Below, piece after piece: positions 8,992 through 19,325 of a DNA stretch of 64,000 nt. Numbering within the stretch: the stretch's first letter is position 1; every line of letters starts with the position of its first letter. The DNA comes from a virus: IMG/VR virus record IMGVR_UViG_3300027901_000001; one strand, given 5' to 3'. The notes beneath the pieces are model-generated. The model was not told where the DNA came from. It saw only the letters and a program-made list of their open reading frames with translations, and made no database searches. The translations under genes were made by a program, and so were the position numbers.

Positions 8992-10500
8992 TTACAAGCC
9001 GCCCGTGATGGTCACCCGGCCGTACCACTCGTCACGCAGCCGCTTGGTCGCGTAACGGGTCCTCATACCCTTCTTGTAGGTCTGATCCTCCGGGTCGAGG
9101 AACGTGGGGGTCATCTGAAGCGGCACGTACGGCGCGAACACGAAGCCCGCGTCGAGGTAGCTCTGGCCCCGCAGACCGAGCATGATTTGGTTGAAGGTGA
9201 AGAACGGATCCTGATAGCCCCACCACTTGTTGGAGAGCAGGCCCAGCTTCAGGATGCCCTGGTGAGAGCTGATCGGACCGTACGAGGGCGGCGTCTGAAT
9301 GCCATCGAACGGACCGTACGGTTGCGGACCGGATACCCAGATGGGCCGGTAGTCACCGTGACTCTGGAGCTGCACCAGCTTGGCCGATACCTCCGGAGAG
9401 GTCACGAACCAGTTGGCGGGCGCACGCAAGGTCTTTTTGTGGATGAGGTAGCTGACCGCGCTCATCCTGGTTAGGCACGACCTGATGTGATCCAGCTCGT
9501 TGACACCGGCAGGTACGGTGAAATCGAACGTCGAGGTCGTGATAATCGAAGCCGCGAAAAGCTGGCTGAGGATGTCCCTGTCCAGCTCCAGCGCAATCTC
9601 CTGTGAAATACCGGCCACCAGCTCGGTTTCCGCATCGACCCCGTGGAATGCCCTCAAGTCGTCTGCGGCCTCTGCCGACCAGCGGCTCTTGAGCTTCCTG
9701 GTAGTCGCCCGGATTTCCTGGAAGCTGATGTCCAGGTAGACATCCGGCACCTGACGGTTAGCCTCGGAATCGTAGTAGTACGTCGTCACGATCTTCCGGT
9801 TACCCGCGCCCAACGCCGGGATATTCTGGAACTTGAAGTTGGTCACCTGGCCGGTTGCGTAATTGACGGAACCGGACACCGCACCGCCGGTCGGAACGAA
9901 GGTAAACCCGCCCGCACCATCATCGGTGGCCGTCTGAATCACCGTGCCGTCGGCATCCTGATCTTCTATCACCAGCGACAGACCCAGGGCCGCATTCAGA
10001 GGTCGGACCGGGCTGTACTGGAGAATCACCGACAGAGCTGCGCCGCCGCCGCCGTAGTTCACGCCATCGGGTACCGCAATCTGCTCCTCCGGGATCTTCT
10101 CTGACGAGTAGTTCTCATCGAAGTTCTGGATCAGATTGCTACCCGCAACGGTCGTACCCTTGCTCTTACCGTGCTTGTACTCGAAGTAGAACACGGCCCC
10201 GACCGGCGCGGTCATAGGCTGAACGCTCACGATCTCGTTGGCGATCAAGTTGGGAAAGACGCGCCGCAACACCGGGAAGATGTACTTGGTGTACGAACCC
10301 GCGTTCACGGACAGCGTATCCTCCTGCAACTGATAGCGCATGTCCTCGAACTGGTTTTCGTACATCATCGCCATCACGCGGCGAACGTACGGGTCGTGGA
10401 CACCTTCCAGGAAATTACCCCATTTGTCTTCCAGCAAGGCACCGTACGAATCGTCACGAACCGTCCTGGCACCTGCCGCCAGCATGTTTCGAGCTTCCAT
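8992..10500 (-). CDS. Major capsid protein (T4 gp23-like)
   Basis: 'VRRVFPNLIANEIVSVQPMTAPVGAVFY', 'RKLKSRWSAEAADDLRAFHG', 'YLDAGFVFAPYVPLQ' and 'GMRTRYA' are gp23-family motifs. Confidence 0.95.
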   Translation of the reverse strand: MEARNMLAAGARTVRDDSYGALLEDKWGNFLEGVHDPYVRRVMAMMYENQFEDMRYQLQEDTLSVNAGSYTKYIFPVLRRVFPNLIANEIVSVQPMTAPVGAVFYFEYKHGKSKGTTVAGSNLIQNFDENYSSEKIPEEQIAVPDGVNYGGGGAALSVILQYSPVRPLNAALGLSLVIEDQDADGTVIQTATDDGAGGFTFVPTGGAVSGSVNYATGQVTNFKFQNIPALGAGNRKIVTTYYYDSEANRQVPDVYLDISFQEIRATTRKLKSRWSAEAADDLRAFHGVDAETELVAGISQEIALELDRDILSQLFAASIITTSTFDFTVPAGVNELDHIRSCLTRMSAVSYLIHKKTLRAPANWFVTSPEVSAKLVQLQSHGDYRPIWVSGPQPYGPFDGIQTPPSYGPISSHQGILKLGLLSNKWWGYQDPFFTFNQIMLGLRGQSYLDAGFVFAPYVPLQMTPTFLDPEDQTYKKGMRTRYATKRLRDEWYGRVTITGGL

Positions 10501-10576
10501 TATTTTCCTCCAGTGAACACCGGCCTAATAATTGACCTACAGCAGCCGCCTTGGTTTTTGCAACTTTTCCGTACCG

Positions 10577-12211
10577 TCAGGCCCCTTTCCCGGTGCCAGC
10601 CAGTCTGTTGAAGTCACTCGTCTTGAGCCCGACTTCTTCCAGGGGGCTGCTTCCCCTTCCGTTATCAGGCCCGCCCTGTGGCTTTCCGTGCGTGTCCTCA
10701 TGGAGGTCACGCGGCTTACCTCTATTGATCCGCGCCCGTATGCGCTCGGCTTCATCGTCGTCTGGCGTGCGCTGAGGCACATACCTCTCGACAATGCGGT
10801 CCACCTCCTCAGTGGCCACGGCATTCTCGCATAGCTCGCGGAGAGTATCGCGGTCCTTGCCCGGAAAAGATCCGATTCGCTTTTCCAGATGAAGCTGAAT
10901 CTCCAGGCTTTCCGCCAGGTCGACGGCCTTGCGTGCGTTCTTCTCGGCCACTTCTGCCCTGTCGAGCGCGCCCGCCTTGGCCTTCTTCGCCTTCTCCAGA
11001 TCCCCCTCCAGCTCCTCCACGCGGCCTTGAAGCTCCTCGATGGTCTCGTCCTTGTTCTCCTCTTCTGGATCATCCTGCTCGGGAAGGGTTCCACCGCGCC
11101 GATCCAGCTCGGCCTTGACGGTCTCGATCCGCTGGTCCAGGGCTTCCTTGGACTCGAACTGAAGCACATCACCGACCAGGGCTTCGATGGCCTCGCGGGA
11201 CGGATGCTGACCGATGGCGCGCTCGATGTGCAGCTTGTAAGCCGCCTCCTTGGCCAGCTTCCTCATCTCCTCGGATTCTGCCTTGTACTTCTGAACCTCC
11301 AGCTCACGGTCGGCCAGCTTCTGTTGTAGCTCACCGATCGTATTCTCCTTGCCCATGAGCTGCTCCTTGGCCTCGGGATCGATGCCATAGGAACGGACCA
11401 TACTCACGATCTGCTCCAGCACCTGCCTGGCCCCGGCAACCTCCGGGTCGGACATCAGCTCACTGCGTACACTGGCGCGGGCTTCCTCATCGATCACTTC
11501 GAGACTCCGGCGGAGCTGGTCGGAAAACTGTTCGGTCAGCCGCTCCTCGGTCCGCTGTTCGGCCTCCATAATGGCCCTAGCCACATTGTCGCCACCGTTC
11601 GTCCCTGCGATGATCTGTTCGGTCAGCTCAGCCACCAGGCCGGGGTAATGCTGCTTCAGTTTCTCGATCGTCAGCTCCACTTCGGCCTCCTGAATAAATT
11701 GCCGCTCCTCTGCGAAAACCTGCGGATAGGCGGTCTTCGTCGCCGGATCGGCCACGAGATCGAAGGTATGCAGGCTGAAATCCTCCTGAACCTCTTGAGT
11801 GCCATCCGGCAACGTTTTGGTGCTGCCGTAACCACGGCTCGACACCCCCATCTGAGCATTGGCCTTCGCTACCGCCTTGGCAATTCGGCCATTTGGCGTG
11901 TCGAGAATTTCCGCCACGCCAAGCACCTCATTGCCTTCCACACGCAAGTCGGTGATAAGATGGCTGATACGCTGCAACTTGGTGCGGCCATCAGCCGGAT
12001 GATCCAGCTCGCCGAAAACCCGGCGACTCTTCATCGCCTCGCCCAGCTTGGTAAATTCGCGCCGCCACAGGTGTTCGCTGTACACGCGCTTGTTATCGGT
12101 AGCCACGCCAGCCTTGGCGAACTGTCCACGCAGAATGTACTTGCCAGGCTGAGCGGCGTCCTCCTCCAAGGAGAAGGTAACCGGCATTGAATCTATGAGC
12201 AGCTCGGGCAT
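10577..12211 (-). CDS. Prohead protease (gp21-like) fused to a long coiled-coil scaffold region
   Basis: 'GELDHP', 'GVSSRGYGS' and 'FDLVADP' protease motifs, then ~380 aa of acidic coiled coil. Confidence 0.9.
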   Translation of the reverse strand: MPELLIDSMPVTFSLEEDAAQPGKYILRGQFAKAGVATDNKRVYSEHLWRREFTKLGEAMKSRRVFGELDHPADGRTKLQRISHLITDLRVEGNEVLGVAEILDTPNGRIAKAVAKANAQMGVSSRGYGSTKTLPDGTQEVQEDFSLHTFDLVADPATKTAYPQVFAEERQFIQEAEVELTIEKLKQHYPGLVAELTEQIIAGTNGGDNVARAIMEAEQRTEERLTEQFSDQLRRSLEVIDEEARASVRSELMSDPEVAGARQVLEQIVSMVRSYGIDPEAKEQLMGKENTIGELQQKLADRELEVQKYKAESEEMRKLAKEAAYKLHIERAIGQHPSREAIEALVGDVLQFESKEALDQRIETVKAELDRRGGTLPEQDDPEEENKDETIEELQGRVEELEGDLEKAKKAKAGALDRAEVAEKNARKAVDLAESLEIQLHLEKRIGSFPGKDRDTLRELCENAVATEEVDRIVERYVPQRTPDDDEAERIRARINRGKPRDLHEDTHGKPQGGPDNGRGSSPLEEVGLKTSDFNRLAGTGKGA

Positions 12212-12212
12212 A

Positions 12213-12416
12213 TCACCACTTTCGCCAGCGCGTCCGAGAAGCGTAAGGGGTCCTGGCTATCAAACGCCCTGGCTTTTCTATAGGGGGTTCTCTCTTGGGT
12301 TTCACCTGCACCTTGGGAAGGTCATAGCCGATCAGCTTTTTCCTTCCACTTCTATAGGCAGTCCTCCGTTTTACCGCCCCTTCTCCGAGGAGCGCGCTGA
12401 GGGGAATAAGGATCAC
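12213..12416 (-). CDS. Small basic hypothetical protein
   Basis: 67 aa, 4-nt overlap with the upstream gene. Confidence 0.5.
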   Translation of the reverse strand: MILIPLSALLGEGAVKRRTAYRSGRKKLIGYDLPKVQVKPKREPPIEKPGRLIARTPYASRTRWRKW

Positions 12417-13267
12417 GCGGCCTGGGCGTCGGCCTCCGGCTCGTCCTCCGTGGCCTCGATAACATCCATCAGAGACGGAGCACCCATCGCCTCATAGACG
12501 CGCAGCGCCTTGATGACGCTTTCCAGGACGCGCTCAAGCTGGCCTTCCTGGTCCTCCTCCAGCTCGTCTTCGTCGTTCAGGTTGGCCCATGCCTCCGACA
12601 GTTCGGCAGCCTTGTCTGATACGTCGTACATGGTCTCGGCCGACTGAACTTCACCTGCGGCCTCGAAAATCTCGCCCAGGTACAGCGCCAGCATTCCAGC
12701 GCTGAACGCTGCCTCCTCGTAAGGATTGCTACCCTCCGCACCGCCGCCGGTGTTCAGGTCTTCCTGAAGATTGGCCAGGGCCTCGTTGCCCATGAAGATG
12801 CGCCTGCCCATCTTGTGGAGCTTCTCCAGCCCGGCCTTGCCGAACTTCTTGAGCTTGATCTTGGCGCGCTTCAGGATCTTCTTCTTGGCCTTCTTGTAGT
12901 ACATCTTCGCGGCGCGCTTGATCTTCGCCTTTCGCTTCTTGCGAACACGCTTGGCCGCGAGCCTTTCGGCCGCCGTCACACGCTTCTTCCTAACGATCTT
13001 TATGGCCTCTTCCAGGTCCTCACCACCACCGGACGCGGGCGCGGGAGTCCCGCCCGGTTGCTGGCTGACCTCCTGGAGACCTTGACGCGGTTGCTGCTGC
13101 TGAGACTGGGTGTAGCCCGGAGCACCACCGCCGTTCCCACCGCCCATACGTTTGTTAATGAGATCGGTGGTGCGCTGGATTTCGCCGATGGTCTTCTGGG
13201 GATCCAGCCCCATATCCTTCAGTTCCTCTTCGAGAGGCCGAACTTGCCGGTTTCTGTTGAGCGACAT
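12413..13267 (-). CDS. Prohead core protein-like (gp68/gp67-like composition)
   Basis: Acidic LxE-containing segments flank a very Lys/Arg-rich helix; lies between portal and protease. Confidence 0.55.
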   Translation of the reverse strand: MSLNRNRQVRPLEEELKDMGLDPQKTIGEIQRTTDLINKRMGGGNGGGAPGYTQSQQQQPRQGLQEVSQQPGGTPAPASGGGEDLEEAIKIVRKKRVTAAERLAAKRVRKKRKAKIKRAAKMYYKKAKKKILKRAKIKLKKFGKAGLEKLHKMGRRIFMGNEALANLQEDLNTGGGAEGSNPYEEAAFSAGMLALYLGEIFEAAGEVQSAETMYDVSDKAAELSEAWANLNDEDELEEDQEGQLERVLESVIKALRVYEAMGAPSLMDVIEATEDEPEADAQAA

Positions 13268-13277
13268 GGTTTTCCTC

Positions 13278-14210
13278 CTATGCTGCAACCGCCTCGAATC
13301 GTCGAGCGAGCTTTTCTGCGAAGGCCGCAGCTAGTGTCCATTCAAAAGCCTGGTCCGCGATCCCATCGTGAACCCTGGCCAAACATTTGACGCAACCATC
13401 CCCCGATACTGCCATAGCATCGTTGATAATCCCTAATACTCTGTCCAGGTCTTCGGTGTACCCGATGACGAATTCAACGAAGTCCGATGCCGTCATGCTA
13501 TCGCCGCCGCCGTCACGGAGACGATGGTTCTCGGTCACCTGACACGCTAACGCGGTCCGGCTCCGCATATTGGCGAACGCGGCCTTCAGCTTCTTGAGCG
13601 CCGCAATCACACTGTCACGATGATTCTCGGCTTGGTCCTCATCGACCCCATCCTTGAGGAGAGCTTCAAACTGGGGTTTCGGAACCTCCAACCGCACTAC
13701 TTCCGCCCCCAGAAATGACCGGATCTCATGCTTTTTCTCCTCAACAGCCTTGAACCAGTCCTCCTCGAACCAGGTCTGTTTGTTGAAAAGATCTTCCACA
13801 CCTTCGGCCGTCAGGCGCACTCCGGACTTCACCAACCGGTACAGCGCCCGCAGCCGCTCCTCCGGTACACGACCGGCCATTATCTCCTTGGTGGTTTGCA
13901 GGGCCTCGTCGCGGACCTGAGTACCCATCGTGTCGGCCTCATACACCGGCACCTCGATTTCCTGGATATCGGACAACACTACCTCGTTATCCTCATCCAG
14001 CGACCATTTCCCACGGAAAAATTCGCCTTCCTCATTGGCCACGATCATGTGATCGGGATAGGTGGCAATCGTCCGGATTGATTCGGCAGTGCCGTTGAAC
14101 AACTCAGCATTGGCCTCGACGGCCTCATCCACGGCCCCCACGGCGGTCTCGTAAGATCCGTCTACGAGCTTCGCCAGGAAGTCCGCATCCACTAATTTTT
14201 CCGTCGTCAT
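13278..14210 (-). CDS. Hypothetical head-module protein
   Basis: 310-aa ORF between portal and core protein. Confidence 0.65.
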   Translation of the reverse strand: MTTEKLVDADFLAKLVDGSYETAVGAVDEAVEANAELFNGTAESIRTIATYPDHMIVANEEGEFFRGKWSLDEDNEVVLSDIQEIEVPVYEADTMGTQVRDEALQTTKEIMAGRVPEERLRALYRLVKSGVRLTAEGVEDLFNKQTWFEEDWFKAVEEKKHEIRSFLGAEVVRLEVPKPQFEALLKDGVDEDQAENHRDSVIAALKKLKAAFANMRSRTALACQVTENHRLRDGGGDSMTASDFVEFVIGYTEDLDRVLGIINDAMAVSGDGCVKCLARVHDGIADQAFEWTLAAAFAEKLARRFEAVAA

Positions 14211-14309
14211 TTAGCCTCTTTTCCTGCTCGGCCAGAGATCTCGACAGATGAAACTCACGGTATTCCCCGCGAAAGTCCTATGTCAAGTTATTGGCCACGT
14301 AGGGTATCG

Positions 14310-16169
14310 TCACGCCATAGGACGCATTGTACCGCGAACATCCTTCAAAAGTCCCTGAATATGTCTGATACGTCTGGAGAGGTCGGGGTCGCCCTTCAGC
14401 GCCTCTATTAACCTCGCGTCAGCATGACGAGTCAGCCGCGCCTTCCGATCGAAGCTGCGCTCGATGTGATCCTGGTGCCTTTGCAGCATCCGACCAATAC
14501 GCTTTTCGAGCATCAGCATGTCCTTCGAGGTCACGAACTTCGACGCCATCTCCGGGCCACCGCCACCGCCGGGCTCAGCCTCAGCGCCTGCTTCGCCGCC
14601 GCCCCCAGCCTCACCTTCTGCCCCGGCTTCCGCACCTGCCGCACCCATTTCCGGCGGAGTCTGAGCCATAGTCAGCAACCGCTGAGATTCGGCTTCGATC
14701 TTGGCCTTCCGGATGGCGTCCTTATCCTTGTCCTTCATCAAATCTTCGGCCTCTTCCTCTGAATACTTGAACAGCGTGGTCAGGACCCATTTGGTGGACA
14801 AGAATTCGCCGGTCCGGGCCGCCAGGTCCGCCGTCGCGCTCATCACCTCTATCTTGGCCAGCTCCAGAATGGCGCTCGGCACGCTCATCTTCACGTCATA
14901 CTCATGCCGATTCACATCCGCCCCTTTCGCTATCAGATGGATGCGGCAAACCTTTCTCGTGCCGGTGCGCGTCTCGCGCTGAAGCCTCATCACTGTCCTG
15001 GCGAACCTGATATCCTCAGAGCTGAGGGCGCTCCGGCTCGATTCACCGCCGAATCCCATGTAGTTCTTCGGCACCTTGAGCGCGCTGACCAGGGCATCGC
15101 GGTGATACTCTACGGTATCCGTCTCGGAGTAGTCCGGCCCCTGGAGCACCTCGATCCTGGTGGAATCCTTGCCGCCCTTGCTGGGGATCCAAAAGTCCTC
15201 GTCATGGGCCAGCGGGTTATGGCGCATGTCCATCTTGCCCGTGGCCGGATTGATGAACTTCTTTTTCACAAACTGATTCTTAACCCGGTTGACATAGGCC
15301 AAACCGCGCTCGTTGTCGTACTCACCGATGTCCACGTAGAAAGCGTACCTGGCCGGGGCTCGGCTGAGCTTGTAAATAAGCAGCGCATCTTCCAGCAACA
15401 CTAGGCGTTTCCAGACCCAGCGCGCCGGATCAGCGACACCGTGACCATACGCAGAGTTCAGGTGCTTGCCACGCAACCTCCAGTGCACAACCTCCCAGTC
15501 CTCGAATACCGTCAGCACACCAGGGGGGCGTTTTTGTTCAGCCTCGGTGCCACGCTGAGCCGCCAGCTTATAGAAATCCTCGATAGAAAGATTGAACTCG
15601 CCCCGGATATCCTGAATAAATCCCAACAGACGACCCTGTGGGTCTTCCACACGCCGCATGGTAGGCGGCGGCAGAAAATTGAGACCGATCACCCCCTCCT
15701 CGGAAACGAGTATCTCCCCGAATCCGTTGCCGTATTTCCCTATGGTGCGTTCCAACCCCCAGATGTGCTCCTCAATAAGGACCCGCTTGTGGAGCATGTC
15801 GTTCAAATCGTTCTCAGTCGTTTTGTTATCCGATACGACCCAAATCGACTGACCGCGTTCCATGTCCGGCATCGCCGAATCGTCGGCATAGATATCGTAA
15901 GCCGTGCTGATGGCCCCGTATTCATCCATCTCCTCGTAATCGCTGTACCGGGCCTGGAGGCTTTGATCGATCCGGAGATGTTGAGCCAGGCTGTCGTATC
16001 CAAACTGGTTGGCCAAGCTGAAGGGCAGCCCAGCACGCTCGGCTGTTGGCGTACCACCACGTTGCAGCTCTGCGGCCTCGACCTCGGGAGCGCGGGCGAA
16101 GAAATGGCGGATGGCGTTCACAACGTCCGGGGAAAAACCCTCGGTGAGTCGGCTGAATGGGCTGGCCAC
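14310..16169 (-). CDS. Portal protein (T4 gp20-like)
   Basis: 'LEDALLIYKLSRAPARYAFYVDIG', 'EDFWIP.KGG..TRIEVLQG', 'ALKVPKNYM' and 'EDIRFARTVMRLQ'. Confidence 0.92.
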   Translation of the reverse strand: MASPFSRLTEGFSPDVVNAIRHFFARAPEVEAAELQRGGTPTAERAGLPFSLANQFGYDSLAQHLRIDQSLQARYSDYEEMDEYGAISTAYDIYADDSAMPDMERGQSIWVVSDNKTTENDLNDMLHKRVLIEEHIWGLERTIGKYGNGFGEILVSEEGVIGLNFLPPPTMRRVEDPQGRLLGFIQDIRGEFNLSIEDFYKLAAQRGTEAEQKRPPGVLTVFEDWEVVHWRLRGKHLNSAYGHGVADPARWVWKRLVLLEDALLIYKLSRAPARYAFYVDIGEYDNERGLAYVNRVKNQFVKKKFINPATGKMDMRHNPLAHDEDFWIPSKGGKDSTRIEVLQGPDYSETDTVEYHRDALVSALKVPKNYMGFGGESSRSALSSEDIRFARTVMRLQRETRTGTRKVCRIHLIAKGADVNRHEYDVKMSVPSAILELAKIEVMSATADLAARTGEFLSTKWVLTTLFKYSEEEAEDLMKDKDKDAIRKAKIEAESQRLLTMAQTPPEMGAAGAEAGAEGEAGGGGEAGAEAEPGGGGGPEMASKFVTSKDMLMLEKRIGRMLQRHQDHIERSFDRKARLTRHADARLIEALKGDPDLSRRIRHIQGLLKDVRGTMRPMA

Positions 16170-16171
16170 GC

Positions 16172-18277
16172 TTATCCTTTAATAAATGGCATCGGCTTCT
16201 TGCTGGGATCGTCCGGTCGTGTGCCCACAATACCCCCTTCAGAAGGGGTTTTGCTACTTTCCTGCCGAATCAGCGTCTGGCCGTCCGTTACCCAGGAGTG
16301 ATCCTCTACCTCTATTGTGTCCCTATCTGTCGGGCCTGCCTGAATCGGTACCGGCATACTCGGTGCTCGTTTGGTAAGATTGTACACCACCGCCGCCAAT
16401 GAATCGGCCACATCTTTCGTGCCAGGTTTGCCATCGGGACCAATCTTCGGGTGATCAATCTTAAAGCCCTTGCCGCGCAGCTTCGGCACGCGCTGGAGCT
16501 GCGTGATCTCCCGCTGGCACCAGGTGTGCAGGTGCATCCGCAGCCGTGACTCGTACATGGTGGTTTTTAATACATCGTATGGCTCCGTGGTCTTGTCCAC
16601 CGACAGCACCTCTGCCTCAATACCGCGCTTACGAAGCTGCTGAATGGCATCTGCCGACTGGTAAGAGTCCATCGTCACATACCGAATATTGAAGCCGTGC
16701 TCGGTAAACTGGTAAACGATGGCACGCACATCACTGAGCAGGATCTCGTCCCCCGGCGGCGGCACGACCCTCAGCACCAGGTCGGTCTCGATAAGGGGAG
16801 CCAGCTCGCTGTACTCTTCCATCGCTTTGTCGCGCCGTACCACTTCCGTCCAGCCGGAAATGTGGGCGATGGTCAGGCCGGTACAATCGCCACTCAACGA
16901 TGGGTCGATGTGCGCGTACCGGATGGCGTCAGGATGCCGGATCGGTCGCCAAGCCACCTCGGTATAACCACCAGGCAACCGCCGCGAAAAGCTCTTAGCA
17001 ATCTTTCCCCAGTGGATATCCAAAGGCGTGCTAGCCAGCCAGTTCTCCTGAATCTCTCCGGGGTCCGGACCGCCCATCGGACACACCAAAGTATCATCTG
17101 CGGCCTCGTACACCATCTCGGTACGGTGCATATACGGACTGACCGCCATCGTGGCATAGCCCGCGATATCCCGAATTGCGCCGTCCAGGTCACGCTCGAA
17201 ATCCCCCTTGTACTCCATCGGAACCTCAATAATTTGAAGTTCCAGCTTGCGAAATTTCTCCTCCTCCTCCGGATCGCCGCTCAGGATACGCGAATGGTGC
17301 TTCTCGTTGCCGACCACAACCTTGAAGGTCTCGGCCGTAAAGCTGCCCTTAGCCTTCACGTCCCAAGTGGCATACTCCCGGACGAAAAAGTGCGGGTCCG
17401 CTTGCTCCCGCGCCTGCTCGATCCGCTTCTCAACGAAAGCCGTCGGCCGCTCCTTTGAGGAGGCCAGCATCATCAGGCCAGGCAGTCGACCGACCTTCAG
17501 GAACCGCGACTTCATGCGCCGCAGAATCGACTTGTAGATAGCCTCGCCCTTGTCGGTGATGACCTCCCGGCCCATTCGGTCAATTTCCTTGACCGTACCC
17601 ATGAAGCTCGTCTCATCGATGAACCCAGCAAAGGCGTTCATGCCGATGATGGCCGATGAACCGGTCGAGCCCGCGACCACCATGATCTGCTTCGGGAACC
17701 GAATCTCCAGTAGGCTTGGAGCCGCTTTGGAGGGAAACTTCTCCTTAAAATACCGGGAATGGGTAATCTTTCCCAGCAGCTCGTTGACGGGCACACGCCG
17801 GGCCACGCGCTCGGTAACTGACAGCATGGCCAGGTAAATATGGGAGCCCGGAGCGATGCCATACGCGCTCTGCGGGTCCCGCAAACAGGACATCTGGTAC
17901 AGAACATAGCTCATCGCCGTGGTGGCAAAGAACGTCTTTCCCCAGCCCAGACTGCCACCCAGGGCCGCCTCGTGGTAGTCGCCCTCGAACAGCTCCACCA
18001 GGTCGTCCTTGAGCTGATCCCAAAGCGAACCGCCAGTTTCCCCCAAAAAGAACGGATCCGTCAGGTAGGTCCGGATGTCGGCCGGGGCCGTCTCATACTC
18101 AATGTTGGCTATCTGCTCATAGTCGTCCTGCTCGCCCGCTTGGAGCTGTTTGTACATCTCCATCAGGGCCTTGCGTTCCGATTCGGGTAATTGGCCAATA
18201 TCGCCCGCCAGAACCTGAACTTCCTCCTCGGGAGTCCGAACAGACCGTGGCCGCCCCTCCTTGTCGAGTATCGGCAC
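16172..18277 (-). CDS. terL: Terminase large subunit
   Basis: Walker A 'GGSLGWGKT', Walker B 'GFIDETSF', nuclease 'HIDPSLSGD' and 'KDVADSLA'; GTG start; adjacent to portal. Confidence 0.92.
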   Translation of the reverse strand: MPILDKEGRPRSVRTPEEEVQVLAGDIGQLPESERKALMEMYKQLQAGEQDDYEQIANIEYETAPADIRTYLTDPFFLGETGGSLWDQLKDDLVELFEGDYHEAALGGSLGWGKTFFATTAMSYVLYQMSCLRDPQSAYGIAPGSHIYLAMLSVTERVARRVPVNELLGKITHSRYFKEKFPSKAAPSLLEIRFPKQIMVVAGSTGSSAIIGMNAFAGFIDETSFMGTVKEIDRMGREVITDKGEAIYKSILRRMKSRFLKVGRLPGLMMLASSKERPTAFVEKRIEQAREQADPHFFVREYATWDVKAKGSFTAETFKVVVGNEKHHSRILSGDPEEEEKFRKLELQIIEVPMEYKGDFERDLDGAIRDIAGYATMAVSPYMHRTEMVYEAADDTLVCPMGGPDPGEIQENWLASTPLDIHWGKIAKSFSRRLPGGYTEVAWRPIRHPDAIRYAHIDPSLSGDCTGLTIAHISGWTEVVRRDKAMEEYSELAPLIETDLVLRVVPPPGDEILLSDVRAIVYQFTEHGFNIRYVTMDSYQSADAIQQLRKRGIEAEVLSVDKTTEPYDVLKTTMYESRLRMHLHTWCQREITQLQRVPKLRGKGFKIDHPKIGPDGKPGTKDVADSLAAVVYNLTKRAPSMPVPIQAGPTDRDTIEVEDHSWVTDGQTLIRQESSKTPSEGGIVGTRPDDPSKKPMPFIKG

Positions 18278-18285
18278 GCCAACTC

Positions 18286-19011
18286 CTATTCTTCAGAAGC
18301 AGGCCGTGGAAGGGGCAACGTCTCCGAGGGCAACGGGAATCTCGCCTTACCGAATCTGGTCATCCTCTCCAACAGAGACATGATCCGGTGCCGGGACTCT
18401 GGATTGCTCAACACCTCCATCGTCTCCTGACTGTAATTCTTGATGCTCAGGCTCATCTCGATGCCTTCCGGCTTCCCCTGGTTCAGCTTTGCCTGAGCTT
18501 GGATACGCTTCCAGAGCGTCTCATCCATGCTATCGAGCGCTCGCGTGGTAATATCGCTGAAGGCTCCGCTCAGGGCCTCCAGCTCCAGCATCCGGTCACA
18601 CCGATCTCGCTTCACCAGGTAGGACGCCTCCAGCTCCAACATATCCTTAACACCGCCTTCGGCGCGTTTGTAAAGGGACCTGGCTACTCTGCCAGGAGTC
18701 GCTGGCAATCGCCGGTATTTAATCATCGCCCGCAGGTCATCATCTTCGCCCCAGTCAGTGGACTGGGGCGCTCCCCACCAACCGTCTGTCTCTTGCTTCT
18801 GACGCCGCCGGACTGTCAGGGCATTGGCCAAGCTCTCAGGATTGATGTCCGTCAGCTCGCCTTTATCGTGCTGGATAAATTGCGCCACGATCGAAGAAGG
18901 AACGTTCTCGATGAGCATCTCATCGATCTCGCCCAGGAACGGTAACGCCTCAACGAGCTTCCCGACCTTTTGCTTGGCGCGTGGCCGTGCTGGTCGCTTG
19001 GCTGTGGCCAT
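18286..19011 (-). CDS. Candidate terminase small subunit
   Basis: Helical 241-aa protein immediately upstream of terL; assignment by position. Confidence 0.45.
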   Translation of the reverse strand: MATAKRPARPRAKQKVGKLVEALPFLGEIDEMLIENVPSSIVAQFIQHDKGELTDINPESLANALTVRRRQKQETDGWWGAPQSTDWGEDDDLRAMIKYRRLPATPGRVARSLYKRAEGGVKDMLELEASYLVKRDRCDRMLELEALSGAFSDITTRALDSMDETLWKRIQAQAKLNQGKPEGIEMSLSIKNYSQETMEVLSNPESRHRIMSLLERMTRFGKARFPLPSETLPLPRPASEE

Positions 19012-19068
19012 ACCCTCTCATTCTTGACGAATCAGGCTCGTATGGCAAGGACCGTTGGATCAAGGCGA

Positions 19069-19082
19069 TGCAGTCGACTGCC
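19069..19082. repeat. 14-bp palindrome variant (13/14)
   Basis: TGCAGTCGACTGCC directly after a stop codon. Confidence 0.7.
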
Positions 19083-19325
19083 TCATGTGGCCGCCAGCGC
19101 TTCCAACTTGCCCGCTATTGCCATCAGCTCGGCCCGGAGCTGGTTCTCAGGAATGGCGTCCAGGTCGGCGATCGACACAGCAACCGGAATCCCCCCTGGG
19201 TAAACCGGGCTCTCACCGCCCCCTGGATGCGCCTTCATTGGACACTCGATGTCCTTAATCCAGCTCTGAAGCTGCTCAACGGTCAGCCTTAATTCCGCCA
19301 GGACGTGTTCTCTGCTCACCTGCAT
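19083..19325 (-). CDS. Hypothetical protein
   Basis: 80-aa ORF, 1-nt overlap with the upstream gene. Confidence 0.55.
   Translation of the reverse strand: MQVSREHVLAELRLTVEQLQSWIKDIECPMKAHPGGGESPVYPGGIPVAVSIADLDAIPENQLRAELMAIAGKLEALAAT

Noticed and set aside
17481-17494. Additional copy of the 14-bp palindrome in terL (GGCAGTCGACCGAC)
   Set aside because: Only 12/14 and explainable by codon usage for Gly-Arg-Leu-Pro
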